Shown piece after piece: positions 26,659 through 39,115 of a stretch of DNA of 64,000 nt (position 1 is the stretch's first letter; each line of letters starts with the position of its first letter). The position numbers and the translations under genes are program-made. Location of the stretch: contig NC_087447.1 of assembly GCF_036321535.1 (NCBI RefSeq), positions 51,090,001 to 51,154,000 on the forward strand, given 5' to 3'. Below the pieces are notes generated by a model. That model worked only from the letters and a program-made list of their open reading frames with translations. It was not told the DNA's origin and ran no database searches. The DNA is from Camelus dromedarius. Taxonomy: Eukaryota.

Positions 26659-27477
26659 CTAAAATTTAGGAAATGAAAAAGAAAAGAGTTCATTATTGTC
26701 CCCATTAGGCTCTTGTCCCAGAAACATTTCTTAAAAATCATGCTCCACGTATACACACACACGTGTACAAACACACAACGGCAACACTACCAATCGAGTC
26801 CTTCTCTTGCCTGCATCCTTATACAAGTCAGGAAGCCTTGTTTAACCAGTAGTGAAAAAGAGAGACAGAGAGAGAAGATCCTACTGGTTTCTCAATAGGG
26901 GGGCTGAGAGCTACCTCCATTCTCAAAACATTGTGGTGTACAGCTCTGATCCTCTGTTGTTTCCATGATATTAGGGCAAAAAATGGAGAGGAAACCAGTG
27001 GCAGAAGTAGACATTTCTCATTCTGCTGGGAGTCCCAGGTGTGACACGGATTCACGGGGGGCCTGTTTTGAAGTACTAAGATGTAACCAGGGATAACTGT
27101 ACCTGGTTCATTAGTTGAAACTAGTAATTCAATACAAACTGAAAGAACTGTGACTTGTGCCAACACTGGTCAAATAAAATTAAAACTGCCTCTACCCTCC
27201 TCTCAACCATTCCAATCCATCCCCAGACACTCAATGTGTAACAATAGAAAGTTTTTTTTTTTTTCTAGAAGGAGAATGCCACTTTAGAAGAAAGAAATGC
27301 TATGACAGGCTGTGTAGGGCTGTGAGTTTGACCAGAAGGAGCATGCCTGAGTAACAAGGGAATGAATTTCAAAGAGGTATAGTGCTGGCAACCTGCCAAG
27401 ATTCTTCTGCTCAGTGAAGTACATAAACTAAAGCCAGAGCTGAAAGGATCAGGCAAGGTTCCACTCACAGGACATAC

Positions 27478-27571
27478 CTTCTCCTTCCAAATGAATCAAG
27501 TAGAAGGCCACAGGCCAGGAAAGGAGAACCATCACAGATATGCTGCTCAGGTGTAGGTAGGGAGCATACAC
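27478..27571 (-). CDS. GDPD4: GDPD4 coding exon: [31 protein letters not shown]
   Basis: Acceptor ttctcccag|GTG after a 70-nt intron, donor G|gtatgt; 94 nt, phase 0-1; APxLH motif. Confidence 0.93.
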
Positions 27572-27641
27572 CTGGGAGAAAACCAAAAGTCAGGCTGAAC
27601 ACATCTGGATGGATAGTATTAGAACTAAGGATGATGCTTAC

Positions 27642-27740
27642 CTTTAGTGAGAGCCCAATGGTGAGCCATCTGTCTTTCCAGTAAGTGCATAAAAGCCAGA
27701 AAAAAAACGAGCATATCAGAATCACTAGCAGAATCAGAAT
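27642..27740 (-). CDS. GDPD4: GDPD4 coding exon: ILILLVILICSFFFWLLCTYWKDRWLTIGLSLK
   Basis: Acceptor ctttccccag|ATT, donor AAG|gtaagc; 99 nt, phase 0-0. Confidence 0.93.
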
Positions 27741-28277
27741 CTGGGGAAAGAAAAAGAATTCCTGACTTCTAAGCACTAATCTTGGATTAGAACTGTCATT
27801 GGGAAAAGTATGTGTATCCCTACAGTGTCAGGGCCCTCATTTCCTCATCCTTTTAATCTAACTATCCTACAAATCCTCAGTATCAGATGGATCCAATAAT
27901 TTATTTACCTCTTTGGTCCCAAGTCTTTGTTGTGCAACATGGATAGAGAAAAATTACACAGCTATGTAGTCTGATGCCATTACTAATTTATTATCTCCAG
28001 TTTCAGCTGGTCCCTCAACACTGCTGGGTATCTCTCAGTTTCAACAATGGCCTTTAAATACTCACTACTTTTTTATATGACTCAATACAGTCACAAGTAA
28101 ATAATATTCTGTAATTGCTTTTTCAGTGTATGTTTTCCCCAACCATAAGCTTCAAAATGTCAAGGACAGTATTTATTTATAATTGTATCTTCACTGCCCT
28201 GCAGAATGTCTGACACATAGTAAACATCCAATAAATATTTGTTGAACAGATGAAAAAAATGTGTTGGCCAGAACACT

Positions 28278-29264
28278 TTTTAATATAATTTTTAAATTTT
28301 ACATTCATTACTTATTCAAAACATTCTTCTTTTTCTTTTAACATTTTTTATTGATTTATAATCATTTTACATCAAAACATTCTTTAGCTTGTTTTATTTT
28401 TAAAAATTTTTTATTGAAGTATAGTTGATTTACAATGTGCTAGTTTCAGGCATACAGCAAAGTGACTCAGTTATATACAGCCATATTATATAGATATATA
28501 TCTTTTTCATATTCTTTTTCTTTATGGTTTACTACAGAATATTAAATATAGTTCCCTGTGCTATATAGTAGGCCCTTGTTATTTATCTATTTTATATATA
28601 GTAATTTGTACCTGCTAATTTCAAATTTCTAATTTATCACTCCCCTAACCCCTAATCCCTTTCCCCTTTGGTAACCATAGGTTTGTTTTTTATGTCTGTG
28701 AGTTTGTGTCTTTCTAATAAGTTCATTTATATCGTATTTCAGATTCCACATGTAAGTGATATCATATGGTATTTGTCTTTCTCTTTCTGACTTACTTCAC
28801 TTAGTATGATAATCTCTAGGTCCATCCATGTTGCTGCAAATGGCATTATTTTACTCTTTTTTATAGCTGAGTAGTATACCCTGGTATATAATTATACCAC
28901 ATCTTCTTTATCCATTCATCTGTCGATGGACGCTTAGGTTGCTTCCACATTTTGGCTATTGTAAATAATGCTGCTATGAACATTGGCGTAGATGTGCCTT
29001 TTCAAATTACAGTTTTCTCTGGATATATGCCCAGGAGTGGGATTGCTGGATCACATGGTAACTCAATTTTTATGTTTTTAAGGAACCTCCAGACTGTTTT
29101 CTATAGTGGCTGCACCAATTTACATTTCCTCCAGCAATACAAAAGGGTTCTCTTTCCTCCATACCCTGGCCAAACTTTTTAATGATGTCCATTCCAATTG
29201 GTGTGAGGTAATACCTCATTGTAGCTTTGATATGCATTTCTCTATTAGCAATGTTGAGCAACGT
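28278..29264 (-). mobile_element. 5'-truncated L1 3' end with a 14-bp TSD
   Basis: TSD ttggccagaacact at 28264-28277 and 29265-29278; L1 3' terminus ttttattgaagtatagttgattt. Confidence 0.88.
28329..28371 (-). mobile_element. 43-bp L1 3'-tail micro-insertion
   Basis: Perfect 13-bp TSD tcaaaacattctt (28316-28328 / 28372-28384); the insert matches the 3' end of the young L1 at 36190-36230. Confidence 0.85.
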
Positions 29265-30249
29265 TTGGCCAGAACACTATTTACTTTATAGAGAAAGAAC
29301 ATTAAGACCAAGAACATACAACTTTAACCTTTTCCCCTTCTAATGTAGTTTTTCTACATTTGCGTTGCCCTCTAGAGAGGGCTTGGTTCCCTCCCTTCCA
29401 TAACTCTGTATCCACTAAAGTAACTGAATCCATAATTAAATCTCACAAAATAACTCAAGGCATTGCTGCCTTCAATGGTTAACTTTCCCAAACATTTAAG
29501 AATGAAGTATTTCCAATCTTTAACAAACTCTTCCAGAGAATAAAAAAGAAGGAACACTCTCTTATGAAGCCAACAAAACACTGATACCCAAACTCAATAA
29601 GGACATTACAAGAAAGAAAAGTATAGGCCAATCTCTCCTATACATAAATGTATATAGATGCAAAAATCTTAAATAATCTTTTAGCAGACCAAATGCTTCA
29701 CAACATAAAGGTTTAATTGTCAAATAAGAGTCACATGAATCTTACCCCACCCCAAACTTTACTAAACGATTTAAAGGATACAGGCAATTATAAGGTACAG
29801 ACAAAACATTTTCCTCATGGAGAAATGTGATCCTGTCAAATGCAGCTACTCATAAAAAGGTCTTAAATATCTTTAGTATATTTATCAGGAGGTTGGGTTA
29901 TTAGCATGCTTATGAAGAGTTTTGATTTGAGGTCATTCCTTTCATTCTGAACATCCTAAGTAGGAGAATAGGTTATAGGCCTGGTGTTACCCCTTTCCTT
30001 CAAGGTTTATTCTTTGTACACTGAAACTAAAACTCCAAGCCCTACAGAATCTCCCTTGCCAATAGAAGCAATCTCTCTTCCCAAGTCCAATAAGCCTAAT
30101 CCTTCATGGTTTAAAGCTCCAATTAAGGTAGTCACTTTACAAAGGTATGCCCACTCTTCTCATATTCCATCTGCATCACTTCTCATTGCTGACAGACTCA
30201 TAACCAGAATTAGATCCCAGAATGCCTCAAGAGATGAAGCCTTTGTTAA

Positions 30250-32290
30250 ATTTATTGACAAAAACCCTGTAGAATATGTGTGGGAATGAATTCTAAGGGT
30301 GCTAGACAAGGATAAAAGAACATAATTTTAGGCCTAAAAAATTGATTGACACTTATCAGAGATTCTGAATTCAATATGCCAGAATCCAGATATTATACAT
30401 CTTGAAGTAGTTCTAACTGTTTCATTTTCTGAAACCTTGGCTCAGTAGTGGCCTATGCTTGCAAAAATATACAGTGGGGGAAAAGACAGTCTCTTCAATA
30501 ACTGGTGTGAATAAAAATAGTTAACCACATGTAAAAGAATGCAATTAGAACATTTTCTCACACCATATATAAAAATTAACTCAAAACAGATTAAAGACCT
30601 AAATGTAAGGCTGGAAATCATAAACTCCTAGAAAAAAACATAGGCATGATACACTCTTTGACTTAAGTCTGAGCAATATTTTTTTAGATCTGTCTCCTCG
30701 GACAAAGGAAACAAAAGCAAAAATAAATGAGGGAGGCCTAAACAAACTTAAAAGCTTCTGTACAGCAAAGGAAACCATCAACAAAATAAAAAGACAACCT
30801 ACTGACTGAGAAAAGATATTTAGAAATGATATGCCTGATAAGGGGCTAATATTCAAAATATTTAAAGAGCTCATACAATTCAATATTAAAAAAAAAAAAA
30901 CTCCAAACAACCCAATTTAAAAATGGATAGAAGATCTGAATAGACATTTTTCCAAAGAATACATAACAGACAGCCAACAGGCACATGAAAAGATGCTCAA
31001 TTAATCATCAAGAAAATGCAAATCAAAACCACAATGAGATATCACCTTACACCTGTCAGAATGGCTATCATCAAAAACACAACAAATAATAAATGTTGGT
31101 GATGATATGGAGAAAAAGGAACCCAAGTACACTGTTGGTGGGAATGTAAATTACTATAACCACTATGGAAAACAGTATGGAGGTCCTCAAAAAATTAAAA
31201 GTAGAACTACCATATGATCCAGCAATTTCATTCCTGAGTATGTATCTGAAGAAAATGAAAACACTAATTTGAAAGGATATATGCACCCCAATGTTCATAG
31301 CAGCATTATTTACAATAGCCAAGATATGGAAACAACCTACATGCTCATCAACAGATGAATGGACAAAGAAGGTATGGTATGTGTGTGTATATGTATATGT
31401 ATATATACACAATGGAATATTGCTCAACCATAAAAAAGAATGAAACTTTGTCATTTGCAACAAGATGGATGAACCAGAGGATACGTTTAGTAAAGCTAGT
31501 CGGATGGAGAAAGACAAATACTGTATATTTTCACTTATATGTAAAATCTAAAAAATAAAAATAAAACAAACAAATGAATGTAACAGAAACACTCACACAG
31601 ACTAGTGGTTACCAGTAGGAAAGGGGTGGGGGGAGGGTCTAGATAGGGGAAGGGGATTAAGAGGTAGAAACTACTAGATATAAAATAAGTAAGATACAAA
31701 GATGTAGTGTACAACATAGGGAATACAGCCAATATTTTATAATAATTTTTAATGAAGTATAACCTATCAACATATAGAATCACTGTTACATACCTAAAAC
31801 TAATATAATATTATAAACCAACTATACTTCAATTTTTCAAAAGTGGCCAATGCTTAATAAACTTGGGATGCCAGCAAGTTTTTGGTGTAATACCAAAGAA
31901 AGAATGCAAAGATTTTGTGAGAAAAGGTTGCTAGAACTCTATCACCTACGATCAGCTAACCCACTCCATATCATGTTTCATGGGAGGTCAGAGGACAGTG
32001 AAAATACACTGTTAAGGAAAATTTGAACATCCATGAAAAGCACTGTAGTGTCTATCCTGTTTGTCATTAAAGGTGAGAGATACTGCCACTGCAACCGCCT
32101 TCCTGATTTCAAAGGCAATGATGAGATCCTGCTGTGGCAGAGGCCAAGTAGCAGCACTCACTGCCAGAGGCAAGGTGGGCATGGTTTCTATAACAGGCAG
32201 AAGCCTGGAATGGTAATCTGAATGATTTAACCACTGGGTTATAACTTGGTATTAACTAACTGATCATAGTGTCCCAGTTCCAAAATAGAT
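30250..32290 (+). mobile_element. ERVL/MaLR internal gag remnant, split by an L1 insertion
   Basis: gaatatgtgtgggaatgaattctaagggtg corresponds to EYVWE(W>*)ILRV; ggcagaggccaagtagcagcactc to GRGQVAAL; actgatcatagtgtccc to xDHxVP; these are ERVL gag motifs. Confidence 0.7.
30461..31841 (+). mobile_element. 5'-truncated L1 (ORF2 end + 3'UTR) with a 14-bp TSD
   Basis: TSD agtggcc[t/a]atgctt at 30447-30460 and 31842-31855. Confidence 0.88.
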
Positions 32291-33420
32291 GGTGATTTCA
32301 ATAAGGCCTATTCATGCACTTCCCAATCTAAAGTCTTTCCCTATAAGTTCTTACAACTTCAATTTCCATTTATTCTTATAATTCTTAAATTTATATTTCT
32401 AGTACATACTTCTCATTTGGGTAAGAAGAAATTTAAGGCGACCACTCAAAGTCTGGCATGCTGTGGGATTTAAGGAAACACAAGGAATGGTATCAAAACC
32501 ATGCCTGAAAAAGTCCATAAATAGCAAGAGGCTGTGGCTGGAGATGCTCATCCCATGGCAGAAAAAAACAAGGGAGGCTATGCTGAAAATACACTATGTG
32601 TCCTTAGATGTTGGGGCAATGATGCCTGCTTTCTGGGACCAGACTCGGATCCTTTGGGAGAAATCATACTAGTGTAATTTTAGAGGGCTCCAAACTGAGG
32701 GATAGTCAAAAAGGACTTCCTCAGAGCAATTTCAGCAGGTAGAGGAAGACAGGCATTGACTCCACCAAGGGAGTTACACTCAAGGTTCTCAGCAGAAGGG
32801 TGTCTGAATATATACACAGAAAAATCAGTGCAGTAAAGAACCAAAAACTGTGCATTTACCTGGTTCTGATGGAATCAACCCCAGTGGACCCTCGTGCCCC
32901 TCCTTGCGGGACTGTGTTCTTTTTTCCTAACTCCCCTTCCCCTGGACCCTATCTGGTGGAAGAAAGGTAAAAGGACAATCATGCTCTCTCCATGCGGCAC
33001 TACAGTCCTGGATCATGTGAAAATAGGGGAAGGGAAAATTCTCATAAAGTTGAAGTTTGGTTTATTACAACGAACTGAAATTTTTAATGACTGAAATGAG
33101 AATGTTCTTGTGACTAGAAAGGACTGGGAAAATAATGGAGCCTACCTAAGATTTTATGGGGATGGAAAGAACAGAGTCACAGAATAAGTTTAACGAGGAG
33201 TGGTGAGAAAAAAAATTAAGTTTGGGTTCAGCTTCTTCAGTAAGTCAGTTATATCTGTTAGCAGTTTAATGATGAAACAGTTTAAGCAGATCCCTTCTTT
33301 CTAAGGAAGACCAAAAAAAAAAAAAAAAGGGTTGGGGGGGACTCTGTATTTAACACTGAGTGCCAAAGAGGCACATTCAATCCCCATCTAAGGTCTCCTA
33401 TGAACATTCAGATGTCCTAC

Positions 33421-33480
33421 CTTATGACACCAGTGCAGGTGTAGTTTAATCCCTTCCCAACACAACAAAAATCCAAGTAC
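33421..33480 (-). CDS. GDPD4: GDPD4 coding exon: VLGFLLCWEGIKLHLHWCHK
   Basis: Poly-T acceptor ttttatcag|GTA, donor AAG|gtagga; 60 nt, phase 0-0; LHWxHK family motif. Not in the ORF track. Confidence 0.92.
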
Positions 33481-34525
33481 CTGATAAAAAAAAAAAAAAA
33501 AGGAAAGGAAAAAGAGATTATTCTGAAATTACCAAGATGCTACCCAAAATACTGTGCTGGAACTAAAAATTCCTTTCATAGTCTGGAACTACATTCACTT
33601 CTTGCTACACCTGCACTTTCATCCTTGGGGAATTTGCCATGCTGTTCCTCAGCCTAAAAAGCTGTCCTTCCCCATGCCACTCACCATTCAAAGCCATTCA
33701 AATGTCACCTCCTGCTTGTAACTTTCACCAGCAACCCCAGGAAGAATTTATTATCATCAACTCTGGGATTTCATAACAATCAGCGCACTGATATCCTTCC
33801 TGTGTCCCTACCAATTTCTTTTCCTGTGATGGACCTTATTCCTGATATTACTTATAACCACTTGTGAGAGAACAGAGGTCAGGGACCAGGCATTCCAGGG
33901 TCATTTAAAAGTTCTTTCTTGAGGAACCAGTGCCACTGTTACACTGTTGCTAACACTGGCATTTAGTCAATGTATCTTGGATAGATTTGAGTCTAAATCT
34001 AGCCAGTCACCAAGTCAGTGTGTAGACAGAAACTGAGAACAGGAGTTCTCAGATGCTTAGGATGTTAATTAGTTTGGTAAAATGTAGTTCACACTTGTAT
34101 TTCCATATCAGACAGGTTAACACACAAGCTAATTTGTAAGGCCCTGAAAGACTGATTCATTTCATAGTTGAAATGAAATGAATAGTTCATTGTGTAAATG
34201 CAATGCCACGTGAAGCTGTGGGTGTTTAAAATGACAATACTGAGGGAACCAGAAAATAAGCTACGAGACAGGGGAAGAGAAAAGATGTTCTGCCATCTTT
34301 TCAAAGGGTCAAAGTGGTAAGAAACATCCTCTAACAGCACAAGTCTTTTTTCCTTCATCTATAGCTCATGCCTAATATTCAAGTGGCTGATGTAAACACC
34401 AACTCTACTAAGAGTGATCTGAAGTTCTGAGGGCTCCCAGCACCAATTGGGAACCATACCACAGAAAGGAGCACAGCATGACGTTACCCAGGAAGGGTGA
34501 GGGAGATGTGGAAAACATTACTCAC

Positions 34526-34619
34526 AAACAGCAATGATGTGTAGGTAGCCAGGATCCCAAATAAACTCAGCAAGACAATGGACCAGAAGAACCAGACTCC
34601 TATACCTAGAAAAACGACC
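34526..34619 (-). CDS. GDPD4: GDPD4 coding exon: (W)VVFLGIGVWFFWSIVLLSLFGILATYTSLLF
   Basis: Acceptor tttttgcag|G, donor TTT|gtgagt; 94 nt, phase 2-0. Confidence 0.93.
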
Positions 34620-35253
34620 CTGCAAAAATGTGTTTCAATCCTTAAAATACAGTAAAAATTGGCAGCATCTGTGTCAATGATCAAGGACAAGACTGGACTA
34701 AAGGAAACATAAGAAAACAGAGGGATAAGATGAGAAGTAATTTGGGAACAGATGTGCAAAGACCTTTGGAAATATTTGAGAAGTTTTAACTTTGTCCTCC
34801 AGGCAACTGTGGTGTGTGTACTCTAATGGGGTTCTGTATAAGTTCCATGGGTTTTTTTTAAGTTATTAGAATATATACTTCAAAATTATATTCCCTTTGA
34901 AAAAAAACAATATACTACTGGAATGCCAAAAGAGAAAAAGCCCACTGCCTTAAAAAAACTAATACTTTCCATTTTGGAAGGTTCCTTGCCCATTTGAATG
35001 TATGTTTTCTTACATAATTCTCAGCCACCATATTAATTTCTCAATTCTGTGTAAAAAAATTGGCCCTTTTAAAAACAGTCCTGAGGTATTCTATTCCTAA
35101 AGTATTTTATGAGGAAAAAACTAAGAATTATTTGCTAAGAGAAGTAGTGCTACACTTTATCTATATATTGTAGATCAATAATTCAGACTCTTCAAGTTAA
35201 TAGAAATTACTTCCTCTCCATATAACACCTAGAGAAATTGTATTTTAACAATA

Positions 35254-35718
35254 CACATATACCTCAACTTATTGTGCTTCACAGATACCGCATTTTTTAC
35301 AAGTTGAAGATCTGAGGCAATCCTGCACCAAGAGAGTCTATCGGGATAATTTTTTCAATACCATTTGCTCACTTCATGTCTCTGTGTCATATTTTGGTAA
35401 TTCGCACAATATTTCAAACTTTATCATTATTATTATATTTGTTATGTGGTCTGTGATCAGTGATCTTTGATGTTCCTACCACCACTTGATGAAGGCTCTG
35501 ATGATGTTTAGCAAATTTTAGAAATAAAATATTTTTAATTAAGGTATATATATTGTTTTTTGAGAAGCAATGCTATTGCACACTTAACAGACTACAGTAT
35601 ATAGTATAAACATAACTTTTATGGGAAACCAAAAAATTTGTGTAGCTCGCTTGATTGCAATAATCACTTTATTGCCATGGTCTGGAATTGAACTCCTAAT
35701 ATCTCTAAGGTATGCCTG
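35254..35718. mobile_element. Internally deleted Tigger1 (Tigger1a_Art-like MITE)
   Basis: TA-flanked; right end aaggtatgcctg|ta and degenerate left end ta|cacatatacctc; both Tigger1 terminal arms joined near 35478. Confidence 0.8.
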
Positions 35719-36189
35719 TATAAAATATAGATTAGCAAACATATAACCACATTACAAATAAGAAAGTAAATTCTCTTTGGTCAGTGACTACACACACCAA
35801 GAAGAAACAGGCAAACAGCCATCCTAGCTAGAGCTATCCCAGATTGAGATACCAAGAGTACTCTGTAAAAGATGAGCTCACAATTAGGAATCAGAAAACA
35901 AGTAAGGAATGTCAACAAATTAACCCAATAAAGCCAACTAATAGAATAACCTGCACTCAAAAAGTATAATAGAATATCAAGATTACAACAAAATATATTC
36001 AAGATCTTCAGAAAAATAAAGGACTCACATCCATGTAACAAGAATAGATGTTTTAAAACAAGCATAGTAATAAATGTTTTAAAACAATGAAATAAAGATC
36101 TCAAAAAAAATGCATGATGGACTTATCAGCAGTCTAGATATAGTCAAAGAATTAATCAAACAGCTTAACCAAGAAGTGATAATGACTGC

Positions 36190-37162
36190 TTTTTTTTAAA
36201 CATTTTTTATTGAATTATAGTCATTTTACAATGTTGTGTCAAATTCCAGTGTAGAGCAAAATTTTTAAGTTATACATGAACATACATATATTCACTGTCA
36301 CATTTGTTTTCACTGTGAGCTACCACAAGATCTTGTGTATATTTCCCTGTGCTATACAGTATAATCTTGTTTATCTATTCTACATATGCTTGTCAGTATC
36401 TACAAATTTTGAATTCCCAGTCTATCCCTTCTCTCTCCCCTCCCCCTTGGCAACCACAAGTTTGTATTCTATGTCTATGAGTCTGTTTCTGTTTTGTATT
36501 TATGTTCTTTTTTTTTTTTAGATTCCACATATGAGAAATCTCATATGGTATTTTTCTTTCTCTTTCTGGCTTACTTCATTTAGAATGACATTCTCCAGGA
36601 ACATCCATGTTGCTGCAAATGGCATTATGTTGTCAGTTTTTAGGGCTGAATAGTATTCCATTGTATAAATATACCACCTCTTCTTTATCCAGTCATCTGT
36701 TGATGGACATTTAGGCTGTTTCCATGGCTTGGCTATTGTAAATAATGCTGCTATGAACATTGGGGTGCAGGTGTCTTTTTGGAGTAGGGTTCCTTCTGGA
36801 TATATGCCAAGAGCAGGATTCCTGGGTCATATGCTAAGTCTATTCCTAGTCTTTTGAGAAATCTCCATACTGTTTTCCACAGTGGCTGCACCAAACTGCA
36901 TTCCCACCAGCAGTGTAGGAGGGTTCCCTTTTCTCCACAGCCTCTCTAGCATTTGTCATTTGTGGACTTTTGAATGATGGCCATTCTGACTGGTGTGAAG
37001 TGATACCTCATTGCAGTTTTGATTTGCATTTCTCTGATAATTAGTGATATTGAGCATTTTTCATGTGCCTATTGATCATTTGTATTTCTTCCTTGGAGAA
37101 TTGCTTGTTTAGGTCTTTTGCCCATTTTTGGATTGGGTTGTTTTGGTTTTTTTCTTATTAAG
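36190..37162 (-). mobile_element. Young 5'-truncated L1 3' end (same family as 1-1515)
   Basis: Poly-T, terminus ttttttattgaattatagtcattttacaatgttgtgtc, ORF2 C-terminus [27 protein letters not shown]; imperfect TSD aatgact..gcttt (36181 / 37163). Confidence 0.9.
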
Positions 37163-38039
37163 AATGACTTTGCTTTCTAATTGAGAAAGTTAAGATTTAC
37201 CATTTAATGGTGCCTCTATATTTTCTAACCATTTCTCTGGTCACATTAGATTTTTTTTAAACTCTCAAGCTACAAGGTCTTCTTTTGTATATTCAATCAC
37301 ATGTAAATATTATTGTTAGCTTAGTTCAACTCAAAACTCTCCCACCAAACTCAGGTGAAGTTCCCACCCACCTGCTGTGTGCTATAGGCAAAGGAAGAAT
37401 TGTGATATTTTTCTCTTTTCCTCCCCCACTCCTTCTATTTCTTCCTGTCCCATTCACCTGTATTCACTCTAGATGGTGGTAATTGGGGTAACACAAGGAA
37501 GCGAGAAGAATGAAAAGGAGTTTGCTTGGATGACTGCCTATATATATAAATGGGAATTGAAAAGGGAAGTCTTTTCCCGGTCATCATTTCTTTAAGCTGG
37601 GAATATACACTTACTGATGACTATGCAGTAGGCTCACTCTACATGGATTATCCAATTAAGGCTTCTTCTGACACAGTATTTTCAAGCAGTTTTCTCTCTG
37701 CTCCAGGTCATTGTTTTGCATCCCTCTAACAGCATAATCGCACTGCCCTTTTGAATAAAGTTCTCATTCAACAGAGACAGTGCTCTTGGAGCAGCCTGCT
37801 CAATGAAACCTTCTAATCTAAATTCATATTCTCTGTACTAACATTTAAAGAAAATTCCCAGGACCCCTTCCCTGCTTTCCCATAGCTGCAAGATGTAGCT
37901 TTCTTGCATCTTCCCCCAATACATATCCTATATACCTCAATGCTTTATATCAGGAGAACCAATTGTCAGCTGACAGTAACTCTGAGGGAAAAAAAAGACA
38001 CATATTGATGAGGCACTGGGTACATAGCAAGGAATGAGG

Positions 38040-39115
38040 AGACAAGTCCAACCTCACAACACATATGAGGGAAAAATGAGAAGTGACAGTTACTCCGTCA
38101 AAAATTCTGCTTAACCTCTCTTGAGCTAAGGGGAACAACTAGAAAAACGAGATGATTTTTTTTTTTAAATCTAAATCAAGGCATTAGAGAGTCACCAGGC
38201 AGTGAAGAACTATGGAACCAACATCCAAATAAGAGAGGAAATCCAGAGACATAACTTGACACTTGGAATCATTTTTCTCTAGAAGAAATAGCTGAGATAT
38301 AGGAAAGAGGGGTTCCTGTATCTCACATAGATAGGAAGACAAAAGGGGTAAGGGGTAATCTGGTAAACACTATAGACTTTGACGTGGGACCTTTGAGGGC
38401 TACATTCTAGAAGTAAGCACAAACTGGAAATAGACTGCTTTTGGGGGACTGAATCTTAGCTTTGAACCATCTAAATATGTGAAATTGGATTAAGGGGGCT
38501 AGGATTTGCTAATATCCCTAGTTACATGTAAGAGTAATTCTCTGAGAAGATATACTATAATTCAAGGTCTCGAATTACCTATACAACTTTTTATATACAA
38601 TGCCAGGCACTCAAGCAAAACAATCTGGCACACTAGGAGAGGAGACCACATAATGAATGCCAAAAGAAACAGTGGAAAACATAAAAACAACTTCAGTAAA
38701 TCTAGATAATACAGGTATCAGACAGACTTCTAAATAACTACCTTGAAAATTTTTCGACTGGGATAAAACTAGGAATTTCAGTAGAGAACTATTAACAAGA
38801 GGACTAATTAATAATTCTAGAAAGGAAAATAGAGCAATAAAAATTAAGAACTCAGTGAATGGATTTAACAGCAGGTAAAACAGAGCCAAAAGAAATTTGC
38901 TAAATAAAAGACAGGTCAGAAAAAATACCAAGAATGAAACAAAGACACATGAAAAAAATTCATGAGAAATACAGAAGAAAGGTTAAGACACTTTGGGGAT
39001 ACAGAGAAAGTGTCTAATATTCATAAAATTGAAGTAGAGGCAATAGAAAATGGGGTAAAAGCAGTATTTGAAAAGATATTGGCTGAGAACTTTTCCAAAA
39101 TGATTAAAAATACTG
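38040..39115 (+). mobile_element. Ancient L1 (L1ME-like) 5'/ORF1 remnant
   Basis: ORF1-like ENGVKAVFEKILAENFSKMIK. Confidence 0.6.
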
